Assembly: GCF_006345805.1 (NCBI RefSeq) | Contig: NC_043010.1 | Location: 10,230,001-10,294,000 of the forward strand | Source of the DNA: Octopus sinensis | Taxonomy: Eukaryota | Length of the DNA stretch: 64,000 nt | Direction: 5' to 3' | Shown here: positions 11,932-24,835 of the stretch, in pieces | How the letters are laid out: the number at the start of each line of letters is the position of its first letter | How positions within the stretch are numbered: position 1 is the stretch's first letter | The notes under the pieces: generated by a model | What the model was told of the DNA's origin: nothing | Database searches by the model: none | The model's input: only the letters and a program-made list of their open reading frames with translations | Program-made: the position numbers and the translations under genes

Positions 11932-12312
11932 GCATTTTTTTCTTCTTCTTTCTGTCTGCATAAAAATCTATAGAATTCTTAATTCTGATTTCAAATGCTA
12001 TGTTTCAGACTTTTTGCTGTGTTTGTTTTCAGATCGACTTCATTAAATACTTCAAACAATGTATTTATAATGATGTCTCACTGATGTTCTGTGTGGGTAG
12101 TTGCATGTAATTTCATCTTTGTTATGATTCCATACATTAACAGAAAGAAATCTCCCTTATAATAAAAAAAAAGGTGTGTCCCATAAGCTATTGAAAGCAT
12201 AATTTTCACATAGTGTAGCTGGAGTTGTTGTGGCTATTGTTATTGTTGTTGGGCATCTTCAGTCACCCCTGATTGAGCTGTAATAATAAAAGACATTCCC
12301 ATATTCATTCAT

Positions 12313-12536
12313 TTACTCTTTACTCTTTTTACTTGTTTCAGTCATTTGATTGTGGCCATGCTGGAGCACCGCCTTTAATCGAGAAAACTCGACCCCGGGA
12401 CTTATTCTTTGGTAAGCCCAGTACTTATTCTATCGGTCTCTTTTTGCCAAACCGCTAAGTAACGGGGACATAAACACACCAGCATTGGTTGTCAAGCAAT
12501 GCTAGGGGGACAAACACAGACACACAAACACACACA

Positions 12537-12589
<53 letters not shown>

Positions 12590-13156
12590 ATATAAACGGC
12601 AGTTTGTCTGTGCGTGTTTCTGTGTGTCTGTTTGCTTGTACCCTCACCCTGACCACGGCTTTCAACCGATTCTGATGAAACTTGACACACACATAGCCCA
12701 ATGTCATAATTCAAAACTAATGCAGCGAAAATTTTGAAAAGTTCCCCCAGTTCTGAAAAAAATCGATAAATTCGACATGGGGTCGAGAATCAGGAATACG
12801 AACCACAAACTGTCTAGGGGACGCAACTCCACCTTTTTTAAATCTCAAAAAAAAATTTGCCATAATTTTTTTGCTATTTTTTGGCTATAACTCTCTAAAA
12901 ATGCTTATATAGTTATTTCCCTTACAAACCTGAGCAACGCCGGGCGATACTGCTAGTATATATATATATATATATATACATATATACGACGGGCTTCTTT
13001 CAGTTTCCGTCTACCAAATCCACTCACAAGGCTCTGGTTGGCCCGAGGCTTTGGTTGGCACAAGGCTTTGGTTGGCCCAAGGTGCCACGCAGTAGGACTG
13101 AACCCGGAACCATGTTGTTGGTAAGCAAGCTACTTACCACACAGCCACTCCTGCGC
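12313..13156 (-). mobile_element. SINE family A copy hosting a nested Helitron
   Basis: The two SINE halves flank 12585-12956, which sits inside the internal (TA)n. Confidence 0.8.
12585..12956 (+). mobile_element. Non-autonomous Helitron
   Basis: A|TC 5' end, subterminal hairpin CCTGAGCAACGCCGGG, CTAG|T 3' end, no TSD. Confidence 0.8.
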
Positions 13157-13514
13157 TTTGTTCATTTTACATAAATTTTCTATGCCTGCGTGAGTTAGAC
13201 AAATATATATTATTGATGAATTGATTTTCACAGATTGATGTAGATATGGCTGTGTGATTAAGAAACTTGTTCCCGGCCTTGATGTTTTGGGTTCAATCAC
13301 TCGGTGCAGAAACTTTTGACAAGTGTTTTTTTTTTACTGTAGTCCCAGGCTAATCAAAGAATTAATGTTGTTGTTGTACATTGGCAAAAGATTGAAAATC
13401 CAATTTTTTTGTTCTGAATTATGTTGCAAACACTCCTTTGTATATTTTTTACCATCAGAAATGCAGTAGATCAATGATTTACCCCTTGCTCGCCTGCAAC
13501 TAATAAAAAGTTTC

Positions 13515-13670
13515 CGTCATATCCTCTTTGTTGTCATCATCATCATTTTCGTTTTCATCATCATCATTATCACCATTGTCGTCATCACCATCGTCGTCAT
13601 CACCACCATCATCATCATCATCATCATCATCCTCCTCCTCCTCATCATCATCATCGTCGTCGTCATCACC

Positions 13671-13704
<34 letters not shown>

Positions 13705-13880
13705 TCATCATCACTTAACCCCTGTTTTCCATGCTGGTATGGGCTGGAAGTTTTGACTGCAGAGCTGCTCAGATCCCACTGTCAGCTTTGACATCATTTC
13801 TGTGGTTGGAGGCCTTCCTTAACACCAACCACTTTACACTGTTTACTTGGTGTTTTTTTTTTTCATGACACTGACACCAA
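13515..13880 (-). mobile_element. Diverged RTE-tail element with expanded (GAT)n tail
   Basis: Long (CAT)n at 13515-13712 followed by TTAACCCCTGTTTTCCATGCTGGTATGGG. Confidence 0.6.
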
Positions 13881-14364
13881 GGAGGTCACTAAGTAACTTG
13901 CAAAACAAAGCAACAAAAAAAAAACAACCTAAAATGCTATCTTTCAGAAAATGGGAAATGACTTTATGCCGCATGTTGATGATGGCTGAAGTACGATAGC
14001 AGGACAAGCAAAGAGGTTTTGCTATAGAGGAGATACATGCTTGCCCTACATTATGTGAAGGGGAAAAAAGCAGGAAGAGAGATAAAGATGGTGATGAAAG
14101 GGTGCTAGAGCATACTTTCAAGGTACAAGAAGGTGAATATTAGGAAGAATATAGACAGTAGATCAGTGGCGTCATCTGGTGGTTGTTGTCATCACTGGGT
14201 GTGCTGACACAACATTAGTATTATTCAAATTAGGCATACTGACAATGTAGATGTCTTGCAAACAACTTGCACATGCAAGTGCTACCAGTTAAAAGCTCCG
14301 TATACCGGAAGCCAGCAAGTGTATGGGGTCATCAGGAGAGAATGCGCACCGTTTCGGGGCCTAC

Positions 14365-14438
14365 CTCTCTATTCAAAATGCAGGATCCAAAATGCAAATA
14401 ATGTAAACTTAATTCATGTGGGACACAGATATATGACA
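14365..14438 (-). CDS. Candidate exon (74 nt, phase 1-0): SYICVPHELSLHYLHFGSCILNRE
   Basis: Acceptor ttcagtttgctttag, donor gtaggc. Phase-compatible with 14546-14635 across a 107-nt intron. Confidence 0.3.
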
Positions 14439-14545
14439 CTAAAGCAAACTGAATTATACCCTATAAATTGTAAGCATTCTAAAATAAGCCATAATTTTCT
14501 TATGTGCACACATTGAAAAATAAGAAACCATATAATTTTACTTAC

Positions 14546-14635
14546 TTAGATTACTTATATGCAAGTTCCATTCTTCTTCTTTGAGATGTAAAATGTTCGA
14601 TAACCTCATTGTACAATGAACCACTTTATTATTAG
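14546..14635 (-). CDS. Candidate exon (90 nt, phase 1-1): NNKVVHCTMRLSNILHLKEEEWNLHISNL
   Basis: Acceptor tttgttttcaaag, donor gtaagt, open frame. Confidence 0.35.
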
Positions 14636-14974
14636 CTTTGAAAACAAATTAAGATTAAAATTACATGATGATATTGTAAGAAAAAAATATTGTAAAAATA
14701 ATTAGTTTTAGCTTTGGAATTTTAATTTAATTTAAACGTACAACTTCTCACCATGGAAACAAACATGTGACCGTGCTCTCAAAGCTGTCACACACACTTG
14801 CCATTAGTTTTTTGCCATTCTCCCATTATCCTTCGATATGCCTGGTACTGTATTATGATGTGATGCTGTGATGCATGGTGAGATGTGCAGTGTTATTTCA
14901 GGTCACCTGTCACCAAATTTCGAGCAAAAGTTTTCTACTTTGATTTGTGATTAAATTGATGATTACTCTCTCTC

Positions 14975-15368
14975 TTTACACTTTTACTTGTTTCAGTCAT
15001 TTGACTGTGGCCATGCTGGAGCACCGCCTTTTAGTCGAGCAAATCGACCCCGGGACTTATTCTTTGTAAGCCCAGTACTTATTCTATCGGTCTCTTTTGC
15101 CGAACCGCTAAGTGACAGGGACGTAAACACACCAGCATTGGTTGTCAAGCAATGCTAGGGGGACAAACACAGACACACAAACGCACACATACATATATAT
15201 ATACATATATACGACAGGCTTCTTTCAGTTTCTGTCTACCAAATCCACTCACAAGGCATTGGTCGGCCCGGGGCTATAGCAGAAGACACTTGCTCAAGAT
15301 GCCACGCAGTGGGACTGAACCCGGAACCATGTGGTTGGTTAGCAAGCTACTTACCACACAGCCACTCA
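14975..15368 (-). mobile_element. Young SINE family A copy
   Basis: Near-identical to the other young copies. Confidence 0.85.
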
Positions 15369-15589
15369 GGTTAATATTTATAATGGATTTGCCATTTTCA
15401 ATGGGTGTGCAGTGCACACTTAGCACACCCAGAGTATATGCTCCTGCAGTAGATCCAGAAGGAAAGAAAGGGTGCATAGTTTCGTAAACATGTGAGAGGA
15501 GATTGACACATGATTAGAGATGGGGGAGAGAGGTTGATATAAAGTGTGACAAACAAAGGTGGAGGAGGGGTTGATGGTATATATCTGTA

Positions 15590-15990
15590 CAGATTAGCAC
15601 GCCAGGCGAAATGCATAGCCATAATTTGCCTGCCATTACGTTCTGAGTTCAAATTCCGCCGAGGTCGACTTTGCCTTTCATCCTTTCAGGGTCAATAAAT
15701 TAAGTACCAGTTACGCACTGGGGTCGATATAATCGACTTAATCCATTTGTTTGTCCTTGTTTGTCCTCTCTGCGTTTAGCCCCCTGTGAGTAATAAAGAA
15801 ATAGGTATTGCGCCTGCCGCTATGTTCTGGGTTCAAATTCCACTGAGATCGACTTTGCCTTTCATCCTTTCAGGGTCGACAAATTAAGTACCAGTTACGC
15901 ACTGGGGTCGATATAATCGACTTAATCCATTTGTCTGTCCTTGTTTGTCCCCTCTGTGTTTAGACCCCTGTGGGTAGCAAAGAAATAGCT
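15590..15990 (+). mobile_element. SINE family B dimer
   Basis: Second unit starts at 15805, after AAAGAAATAG. Confidence 0.8.
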
Positions 15991-16376
15991 ATATAACAGT
16001 ACAGAATTGGATGGTTGGGTGGGTGGATACTTATAGAGTAGTGGACTGAATTTCATGTTGCGACCATGCATGCAGATCATTTTAAAAAATGGGACATGAA
16101 TCATTGCCACTGAAGCTAGTAAACCAATGCTGAGCTCACTGCAACCCTACATATTAACAGAAATATTTCTTTCTTATCATGGCATACAGCCAACAATTTC
16201 AAGGGGAGGAGTGAGTTGATTACATTGGTCCCCGATCTCAAATGGATAAAAAGCTGACACAGTGGAATTTGAACTCAGAATGTAAAGCTCACCATCTTGT
16301 ATCTTTTATCTTCTAATTTTTGAAATCATTCGACTATGGCCATGCTGGGGCAGTGCCTTGAAGAATATTTAGTCTA

Positions 16377-16822
16377 AGGCTTTGGAAGTCTTAGAGTTGC
16401 TTGGCACCAAGAATTTTGTTGTTCTTTCTTTCTACTTTAGAATTAGTCCATTTAAGAGGGGGAAAAAAGATGAAGCAAAAAGAAACAAAGAAAAACCAAT
16501 AATAAAAAACAAAAAACAAACGCGGTTGTTAACCCAAAGTTCTAATTAGTTAAGATTTTTTTTTCTTTTATATTCAGTAATTACACATCTGTCATGGTTT
16601 AATTCTGTTATACGAGTAGACACACTGCCAGATCAGACTGGAGCCTGGTGCAGCCCCTGGCTTCCCAGACCCCGGTCGAACTGTCCAACCTGTGCTAGCG
16701 TGGAAAACGGACGTTAAACGATGATGATAGTGATGATGATTGTTTTATTATCTGCTTCGATATTGTCAACATTCAACCAGTACCCAAGATATTTGAATGG
16801 TTTGAAGATTTTCAGACAAACA
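16377..16822 (+). repeat. Derived copy of 11607-11931 with an RTE-tail insertion at 16616-16740
   Basis: Embedded in an older SINE and carries an insertion absent from the donor copy. Confidence 0.85.
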
Positions 16823-16909
16823 AACTATAGAGTTACAGGGCCTTAAACACACCAACACCGGTTGTCAAGTGGTGGTGGGAGACAAGTACACACACACATA
16901 CACACACAC

Positions 16910-17110
16910 AGAGGGAGTGCTGAAAAGTTTCTGGCTTGGGTAAAAAAAAATACTGGAGGAACAGTTAATTATGATTTTATTCAGCATATTCCCCTCTCAG
17001 TTTTACTGTTATTGCAGTGGTCCTTCAGTTTTTCCAAGCCCTGCAAAAGAACTAAGAAGGGTTGGGCCTCCAACGAGGCCTTTTGCAATACCTTTTAAAC
17101 CAGGAAATTT
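16910..17110. mobile_element. Mariner-type terminal fragment
   Basis: GAGGGAGTGCTGAAAAGTTTCTGGCTT resembles a mariner TIR. Confidence 0.45.
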
Positions 17111-17213
17111 GTTTCCAGTACTTCTTCATATGTATAAGACAGGCTTATTTTAGCTTCCATCTACTAATTCCAATCACAAGGCTTTGGTCAGCCCAAGGCT
17201 ATAGTAAAAGACA

Positions 17214-17623
17214 GAAAACGGCAAGCTGGCAGAAACGTTAGCATGCCGGGCGAAATGCTTTGCAGTATTTCGTCCGCCACTGCGTTCTGAGTTCAAATTC
17301 CGCTGAGATTGATTTTGCCTTTCGGGGTCAATAAATTAAGTACCAGTTAAGCACTGGGGTCAATGTAATCGACTTAATCCGTTTGTCTGTCCTTGTTTGT
17401 CCTCTCTGTGTTTAGCCCCTTGTGAGTAATAAAGAAATAGGTATTTCGTCCGCTGCTGCGTTCTGAGTTCTAATTCCGCCGAGGTCGACTTTGCCTTTCA
17501 TCCTTTCGGGGTCGATGAATTAAGTACCAGTTAAGCACTGGGGTCAATGTAATCGACTTAATCCGTTTGTCTGTCCTTGTTTGTCCCCTCTTTGTTTAGC
17601 CCCTTCTGGGTAGTAAAGAAATA
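17214..17623 (+). mobile_element. SINE family B dimer with 14-bp TSD, inserted in a family A SINE
   Basis: TATAGTAAAAGACA at 17200-17213 and 17624-17637. Unit junction at 17441. Confidence 0.85.
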
Positions 17624-18213
17624 TATAGTAAAAGACACTTGCACAAGGACCCAAGACCATATGCTTTTGAAGTAAGCTTCTTACCACACAGCCACATCTA
17701 TGTCTGTATATGTTTCAGAAATAATAATCCACAAGCATTCACATCATGTCAAAACACAAACATCCTTGCCACTACTATAGTCAGAAATTTTCTGTAAAAC
17801 ATACTAACTCTCTCTATATATATGTATATCAGTCTTTCAAAACTTCTTTTAATCTCATAAATAACAATCCCAGATTGTCAGCTTCATGTTGATTGGATAA
17901 TTTTTAAAATGATAGAAAGGTTTGGTGTAGACAGAAGAATGAAATAAATAACAATCTTTTGTTTTGTGTAGTGCCATCCAAAGAAAATATATGAGATGAT
18001 GGATGTAAATAATTTGTAATATACAGGCGATAACAATAGTAAGTATGTTCATACATGTATGTGTGAAAAATTTGCGTTTTCTATCCAGTTTTTGGGCACT
18101 TACAATACATAGGACTTCACTCATATCTAATAATGCAAAACATATTTTGCATTGTCATATATACATACATACACATATACATACACATACAGGTCTGTAT
18201 ATATATATACATA

Positions 18214-18255
<42 letters not shown>

Positions 18256-18270
18256 CATATATATACATAC

Positions 18271-18341
<71 letters not shown>

Positions 18342-18452
18342 CATATATACATATATATATATATAATATATATATATACATATATACATACATACAGATA
18401 TATATATATATATATAACATATATCTATGTGTATATATATATATATATATAT

Positions 18453-18496
<44 letters not shown>

Positions 18497-18611
18497 TACT
18501 TTATCCAAACATATATATGTATATATATATGTGTGTGTCACTATATATACTCATACACACACTTATATCTTCATATATATTTTCACTATGTGTGTGTGTG
18601 TGTGCGTGTGC

Positions 18612-18890
18612 TTGCAAGAGCAAGATCTGTGCTGGTTTTGGGTATGAGACGCGTATGAAAGATGACAGTTGGGTAAAAGATATGCCAAGTGATCCACACG
18701 GAAGAAACCTACTGAAGAGGAAGACCAAGCAAGACACAGAAAGAAGAGGAGGTGATAGATGACCTCAGGAGACTGAATCTCACAATGACAAAGGATGCAG
18801 CGACTGTTGCGACAGTGTTGGAGAAGACCAGTCTAACCCATGCAAGCATGGAAAATGGAGTGTAATATGATGCTGGTAATGATGACTATG
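18612..18890 (+). mobile_element. RTE LINE 3' end fragment
   Basis: [21 protein letters not shown]...RGRP-like peptide, then CCCATGCAAGCATGGAAA and a (GAT)-like tail. Confidence 0.6.
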
Positions 18891-18919
18891 GTGCCATAGG
18901 TGTGTATCTGTGTGAAAGT

Positions 18920-18954
18920 GTATCTTTCTATCTATCTATCTATCTGTCTGTCTA

Positions 18955-18996
<42 letters not shown>

Positions 18997-19007
18997 GCTT
19001 TGTCTGA

Positions 19008-19042
<35 letters not shown>

Positions 19043-19231
19043 TCTGTCTGTCTGTCTATCTGTCTGTCTGTCTATCTATCTGTCTGTCTGTCTATCTGTC
19101 TGTCTGTTTATCTATCTATCTGTCTTTCTATCTATGTATCTGTCTGTCTATCTATCTATCTATCTATTTGTCTATCTATCTATCTATTTGTCTGTCTGTC
19201 TATCTCTCTCTCTATATATATATATCTATTC

Positions 19232-19287
<56 letters not shown>

Positions 19288-19395
19288 GTCTGTCTGTCTG
19301 TCTGTCTATCAATCTAGCTATTTGTCTGTCTGTCTGTTTATCTCTTTCTCTCTTTCTCTCTCTCTCTCTATCTCTCTATCTATCTATTTATCTAC
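18920..19395. repeat. Compound (TCTA)n/(TCTG)n microsatellite
   Basis: Direct reading. Confidence 0.95.
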
Positions 19396-19581
19396 ACATG
19401 CACACACACACACATTACACACTTTTACACTCATACAGAGGTATATAAACGTGTATACATAAATCTATTTACATGTCTCTCTCTCTCTCCTTTCTTTCTT
19501 TTTGTATATATATATATATACACACATAAACACACATACCCACACATACACATACATACGCATATATATTTATGCATACAT

Positions 19582-19612
<31 letters not shown>

Positions 19613-19672
19613 ACACATAAACACACATACCCACACATACACATACATACGCATATATATTTATGCATACAT

Positions 19673-19705
<33 letters not shown>

Positions 19706-20274
19706 CACACACATATATATGTATATATATACATACATACGTACACATGTTAGCTATATGACACATAGTAGCTAGATATATCATAGTTTATTGGATGACA
19801 GTTCTACATCAAGAAATTTAACAGCAGCCACAATCTAGTATTGCAGTTCATCTATACAAGATGCCATTACAAGACTGAAAGTACATTAATATTATGAAAG
19901 AAAAACACACAAATAAACAGACAGATAGATAGATAAATAAATAAATGAATGACTGAATAAATAAATATATAAATAAATAAAATCTCCACATATTTACTGA
20001 GTGAAAGCATTGATATATCACACTGTGGATTTATATTTTTGTAATATTGATTGAATAGAATCCCTTTTGGAACTTTGGGAATTGACAGCCGATGTTATTG
20101 AGAGAAAAGTTTTGAAATTAAAGCAAGGCACAAGCTCACATTGAAGAAAATATATTTTATTGTTTTTTTAGCCATGAAGAAAGGAAATTAATGACAATAT
20201 TGATTTCCGAGTTTGGCACAATGCTAGAAATTTTGTTGGGTGTATAAAGGTATTGTTGGTTAAATCCTGTCCAG

Positions 20275-20474
20275 TACTCTCTTTTACTCTTTTACTTGTT
20301 TCAGTCATTTGACTGCGGCCATGCTGGAGCACCGCCTTTAGTCGAGCAAATCGACCCCGGGACTTATTCTTTTTGTAAGCCTAGTACTTATTCCATCGGT
20401 CTCTTTTGCCGGGGACGTAAACACACCAGCATCGGTTGTCAAGCAATGCTAGGGGGACAAACACAGACACACAA

Positions 20475-20519
<45 letters not shown>

Positions 20520-20680
20520 TACGACAGGCTTCTTTCAGTTTCCGTCTACCAAATCCACTCACAAGGCATTGGTTGACCTGGGGCTATAGCAGAAGACACT
20601 TGCCCAAGATGCCACGCAGTGGACTGAACCCGGAACCATGTGGTTGGTTAGCAAGCTACTTACCACACAGCCACTCCTGA
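20275..20680 (-). mobile_element. Young SINE family A copy
   Basis: Family A architecture. Confidence 0.85.
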
Positions 20681-21513
20681 CCCTACTATGTTTTGTAGTT
20701 GACAAATTCCAAAGCAAATCATGCACATGCATGAAATGAAAAATATAAAATGGTGACAATTTACCCATCACACTGAGTGTGAGTCATGTTCGTATTTGTC
20801 CCCCAGCACCACTTGACAACCAGTACATGACTGGTATTTTATTATAAGGCAGCTGGAAGGATGAAATGCAGAGTTGTTGATGTTTGTAAAATTTGAACTT
20901 GTTAACCAAGAAGGGTGAAATTCAAATTGACTTTGGAGGGATTACAGTTTAGAAGGTACGAGAAATAACCATCTTTTGTCTTCTGTGTGTTTCAGTCTTT
21001 AGACCATTGCTTTTCAAACTTTTTGCTGGAGCGGAACCCCAAGGAAACATTCCACTGGCTCAAGGAACCCCTGTGCAATAATTTAATAGTTTTATGCACA
21101 CATATCTGCACAGGAGACTTAAAAATTACTGCCGATTTTAGCAGTTTTGTAACTTCTTGCAGAACCCCTGAACTGTACTGGCAGAACCCTAAGGTTCCAC
21201 GGAACCCTGGTTGAAAACCACTGCTTTAGACTGAAGCCAAGCTGAGACTTGAAAGGGTTTAGTCTAAACCAATTAACCCAGCACTTATTTCTAAAACTTT
21301 GATTCTTATTCTATTAGTTTCTTTTGCTGAACTGCTAAGTTACAGATGTCATAAACAAACCACCATTAGTTGTCAAGTGGTGCTGGGGGGACAAATACGA
21401 ACATGACTCACACTCAGTGTGATGGGTAAATTGTCACCATTTTATATTTTTCCTTTCGTGCATGTGCATTGTTTGCTTTGGAATTTGTCAACTACAAAAC
21501 ATAGTAGGGTCAG
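20678..21513. repeat. Inverted duplication of about 145 bp (20678-20820 and 21369-21513)
   Basis: 4 substitutions and 1 single-base indel between the arms, counted by eye. Confidence 0.9.
21005..21223. mobile_element. hAT (Charlie-like) MITE
   Basis: CA(T)TG...CACTG ends, 8-bp TSD CTTTAGAC (20997-21004 and 21224-21231). Inverse copy of 43879-44097. Confidence 0.85.
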
Positions 21514-22272
21514 TTGGGCACCGTCTGTGAGAAAAACAGCACCATGATGTAATTCACTCTGTCACAAATTTGAAAATGACATTCTGTACTGCTTGGCATT
21601 AATGCCAGAAGCTCCAATAGTAACATTTCAAAGTGTTTGGGTGTCAATCTGAGGATAAGTTCAATCTGAAGACATGTACCGAAAGTGATAAAGATCAAAC
21701 ATCTAGTCAACATCATGGTGTTTGGAGTGATCACTAGTGATGGCAACATTATGCCTCCATTCATCTTCCCACACGGCCCCAAACTCAACATGGAGGCCTA
21801 CATCAAGTGTCTGGAGGAGGTAGTGCTGCCCCGTGTCAAGAGGGTGGTTGCTTGGAAACCCTATGTCTGGCAACTGGTCTCTGCACCATGCCACACAAGC
21901 AGAAGAACCCAGTAATGACTGTCAAACAATTTCTGCGACCACATCACCCCTTAACATCTGGCCACTAAACTTTCCAGATGGCAAACCTCTTGATTTTTAT
22001 GTTTGCGTTGCAGCTGAGCAAGAAACCAACAAAACTCCTTGTAACACCAAAGATGAACTATAACAAGGAGGCCATCCAGAAGAGTTGCAGGCAATTCTGA
22101 AATCATTTCGAGGCCATGGTTGAAGCCAATAGAGATATAATTGAATAAATTTACTCTTTGGTATTTTAAGGTATTTTAATGTAATTTTGGTAAATATATC
22201 TGTTAAAATGAGATGTCAGTGTTATTTTCATTTTTGCATAATTTGAACGACAGTTTATTCACTGCACTCTGT
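21514..22272 (+). mobile_element. Tc1/mariner superfamily, maT (DD37D)-like remnant
   Basis: MVFGVITSDGNIMPPFIFPHG...YVWQLVSAPCHTSRRTQ...PDGKPLDFYV. Right terminus GACAGTTTATTCACTGCACTCTGT. Confidence 0.7.
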
Positions 22273-22279
22273 TTATTTA

Positions 22280-23080
22280 TATTGGGCCATCCAATAAATA
22301 ATGCAGTTCTTTCATTTCCATGAACTGAAAGTTGGAGGAGAATGGGATAAACTACCTGCATCAGCTTGTTATAAAAGCAGGTAGTAATTTTACCTTGTCC
22401 TTATTCTTAGTGCAAATTTTGAATCATGCACTTCGATTTTAACAGGATTTTTTTCAAAGCTGTAATGGAAGTGACAAAGGAGCATATTCAGAACATACCT
22501 GGAGATTGGACAATAAGTGAAACCCCTTGTAAATGGCTTCCTCACAAAATCTCTGAGTCTAATTCCACACTCTTGTGCTCTTTTGGGGTGTCACATCTCA
22601 CAAATGAAACATTTGTGGACTGAATTGTGACCGGTGATGAGAAATGGGTTGTCTATAAAAATATCAATTGCTGAAGACAGTGGGTAGGGAAAGGAGAAAT
22701 ACCGGCACCCCAGGCTAAAGAAGGTCTTCGCCCATGTAAGGTGTTGTTATCTGTTTGGTGGGATATAAAAGGTTTATGTCCACTTTGAACTTTTAAACCC
22801 AAACCAAATGATAACAAAGGAGATCTACTGCGAGCAGCTTGAGTGGCTTAAGTCATTGCTAGAAGGAAAACAGCTATCTTCGGTTTCAAGACATATGGTG
22901 TTCTTCCATCAGGATAATGCTTGGCTACATACAGTGAGGATGACATTCAAAAGGCTGGAGCAGTTTGAATGAGAAACGATGCTCCATCCACCATATTCAC
23001 CGGACATTGCCCCATCTGATTATAATTTATTCCACAGTTTTCAAAATAATTTGGACGGAAAAAATATGAATTCTATAGAC
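22280..23080 (+). mobile_element. Internally deleted mariner (DD34D), same family as 23519-24822
   Basis: TIR TATTGGGCCATCCAATAAATAATG; VTGDEKWVVYKN and PYSPDIAPSDY motifs; 3' end lost at a SINE. Confidence 0.8.
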
Positions 23081-23395
23081 AAGGAGTGGCTATGTGGTAA
23101 GTAGCTTGCTTACCAACCACATGGTTCCGGGTTCAGTCTCACTGCGTGGCACCTTGGGCAAGTGTCTTCTACTATAGCCTCAGGCTGACTAAAGCCTTGT
23201 GAGTGGATTTAGTAGACGGAAACTGAAAGAAGCTCGTCGTATATATGTATATGTATGTATGCGTGTGTGTGTTTGTGTGTCTGTGTTTGTCCCCCTAGCA
23301 TTGCTTAACAACCGATGCTGGTGTGTTTATGTCCCCGTTACTTAGCAGTTCGGCAAAAGAGACCGATAGAATAAGTACTGGGCTTACAAAAGAAT
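23081..23395 (+). mobile_element. SINE family A copy, 3' truncated
   Basis: Head AGGAGTGGCTATGTGGTAAG with B-box-like GGGTTCAGTC. Confidence 0.8.
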
Positions 23396-23518
23396 AATGT
23401 GTGTGTGTGTGTCTGTGTGTGTGTGTGTGTGCATGTGTGAGTGTATATGTGCATGTGTGAGTGTATATGTGCATGTGTGAGTGTATATGTGCATGTGTGC
23501 CTGTGTGTCTGTGTGTGT

Positions 23519-24822
23519 AATGGGTCATCCCATAAATAATACAGTTTTTTATACTTCTTTTATATTTCAAAATTAAGATCAACAAAGTTCTTTTTTAATC
23601 TAAAATATATTCTCCTTCATTTTCTACAATGTTCTTCCATCTATATGGTAGACTTGCAAGGCCCCTCTTCTAAAATTCACTTGTCCTTAATGAGAAATAC
23701 TCTTCCAGTACTATTTTGACCTCATCTACAGAATTCCTATTTCTTTCTTCCAAATGATTTTGAAGATTGCAGAATAAATAATAATCAGATGGGACAATGT
23801 CTGGCAAATATGGTGGGTGGAGCATCATTTCCCATTCAAACTGCTCCAGCCTTTGGAATGTCATCCTTGCTGTATGTGGCCAGGCCTTATCCTGATGGCA
23901 GAACACCTTTCATCTTGAAACCAAAGATGGTCGTTTTTCTTCTACCACTGACTTAAGCCACTCAAGCAGCTTGCAGTAGATCTCCTTTATTAACATTTGG
24001 TTTGGGTTTAAAAGTTCAAAGTAGAATAAACTTTTCATATCCCATTAAACAGATAACAATACCTTATGTGGGTGAAGACCTTTTTTTAGCTTGGGGTGCT
24101 GGTGTTTCTTTTTACCTATCCACTGTCTTTGGCACTTGACATTTTTATAGACAACCCATTTCTCATCACCAGTCACTATTTGGTCCAAAAAAGGTTCATT
24201 CATGAGACATGAGAGCAAAGAAGAGCACACATTCACTCTCTGTGCAGAATTAGACTCAAAAAGTTTGTGAGGAACACATTGACCCAATTTGCTGACTTTT
24301 CTGATGGCATGCAGGTGTGAATGAATGGTTGAATGACCAAATCCAAGCTTCTCTACTAGTTTCTCAACAGTTATGATGGGGTTTTGTTCCACCAGGGTTT
24401 GCAGGTTGACCTTGTCAAGCTTTACAGATCTTCCAGGATGAGACTCATCTAGGCTGTAATTTTCCGGCTCAGAATTTCTGGAACCATTGTTGGCACTGGC
24501 TTATACTTATTGTTTGATCTCCACATACTGCATTAATTGCACTTTCTCTTGCATTGTTACCTTTATTGAACTCATATTTTGCTTTATTGAACTCATAAAG
24601 CAAAATATGCTGAATATGCTCCTTTGCCACTTCCATTATAGCTTTGAAAAAAATAACTGTTAAAATCGAACTACACTCTTCAAAACTTGCACTAAGAATA
24701 AGGACAAGGTAAAATTACTACCTGCTTTTATAACAAGTTGATGCAGGTAGTTTTTTCCATCACACTCCAACTTTTAGTTCATGCAATTGTAAAAACCACA
24801 TTATTCATGGTATGACCCAATA
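23519..24822 (-). mobile_element. Near full-length decayed mariner (about 1.3 kb)
   Basis: Both TIRs (TGGGTCATCCCATAAATAAT and its inverse). ORF pieces contain VPHKL, IVTGDEKWVVY, HQDKA and HPPYLPDIVPSDY. Frameshifted. Confidence 0.85.
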
Positions 24823-24835
24823 TATATATATATAT

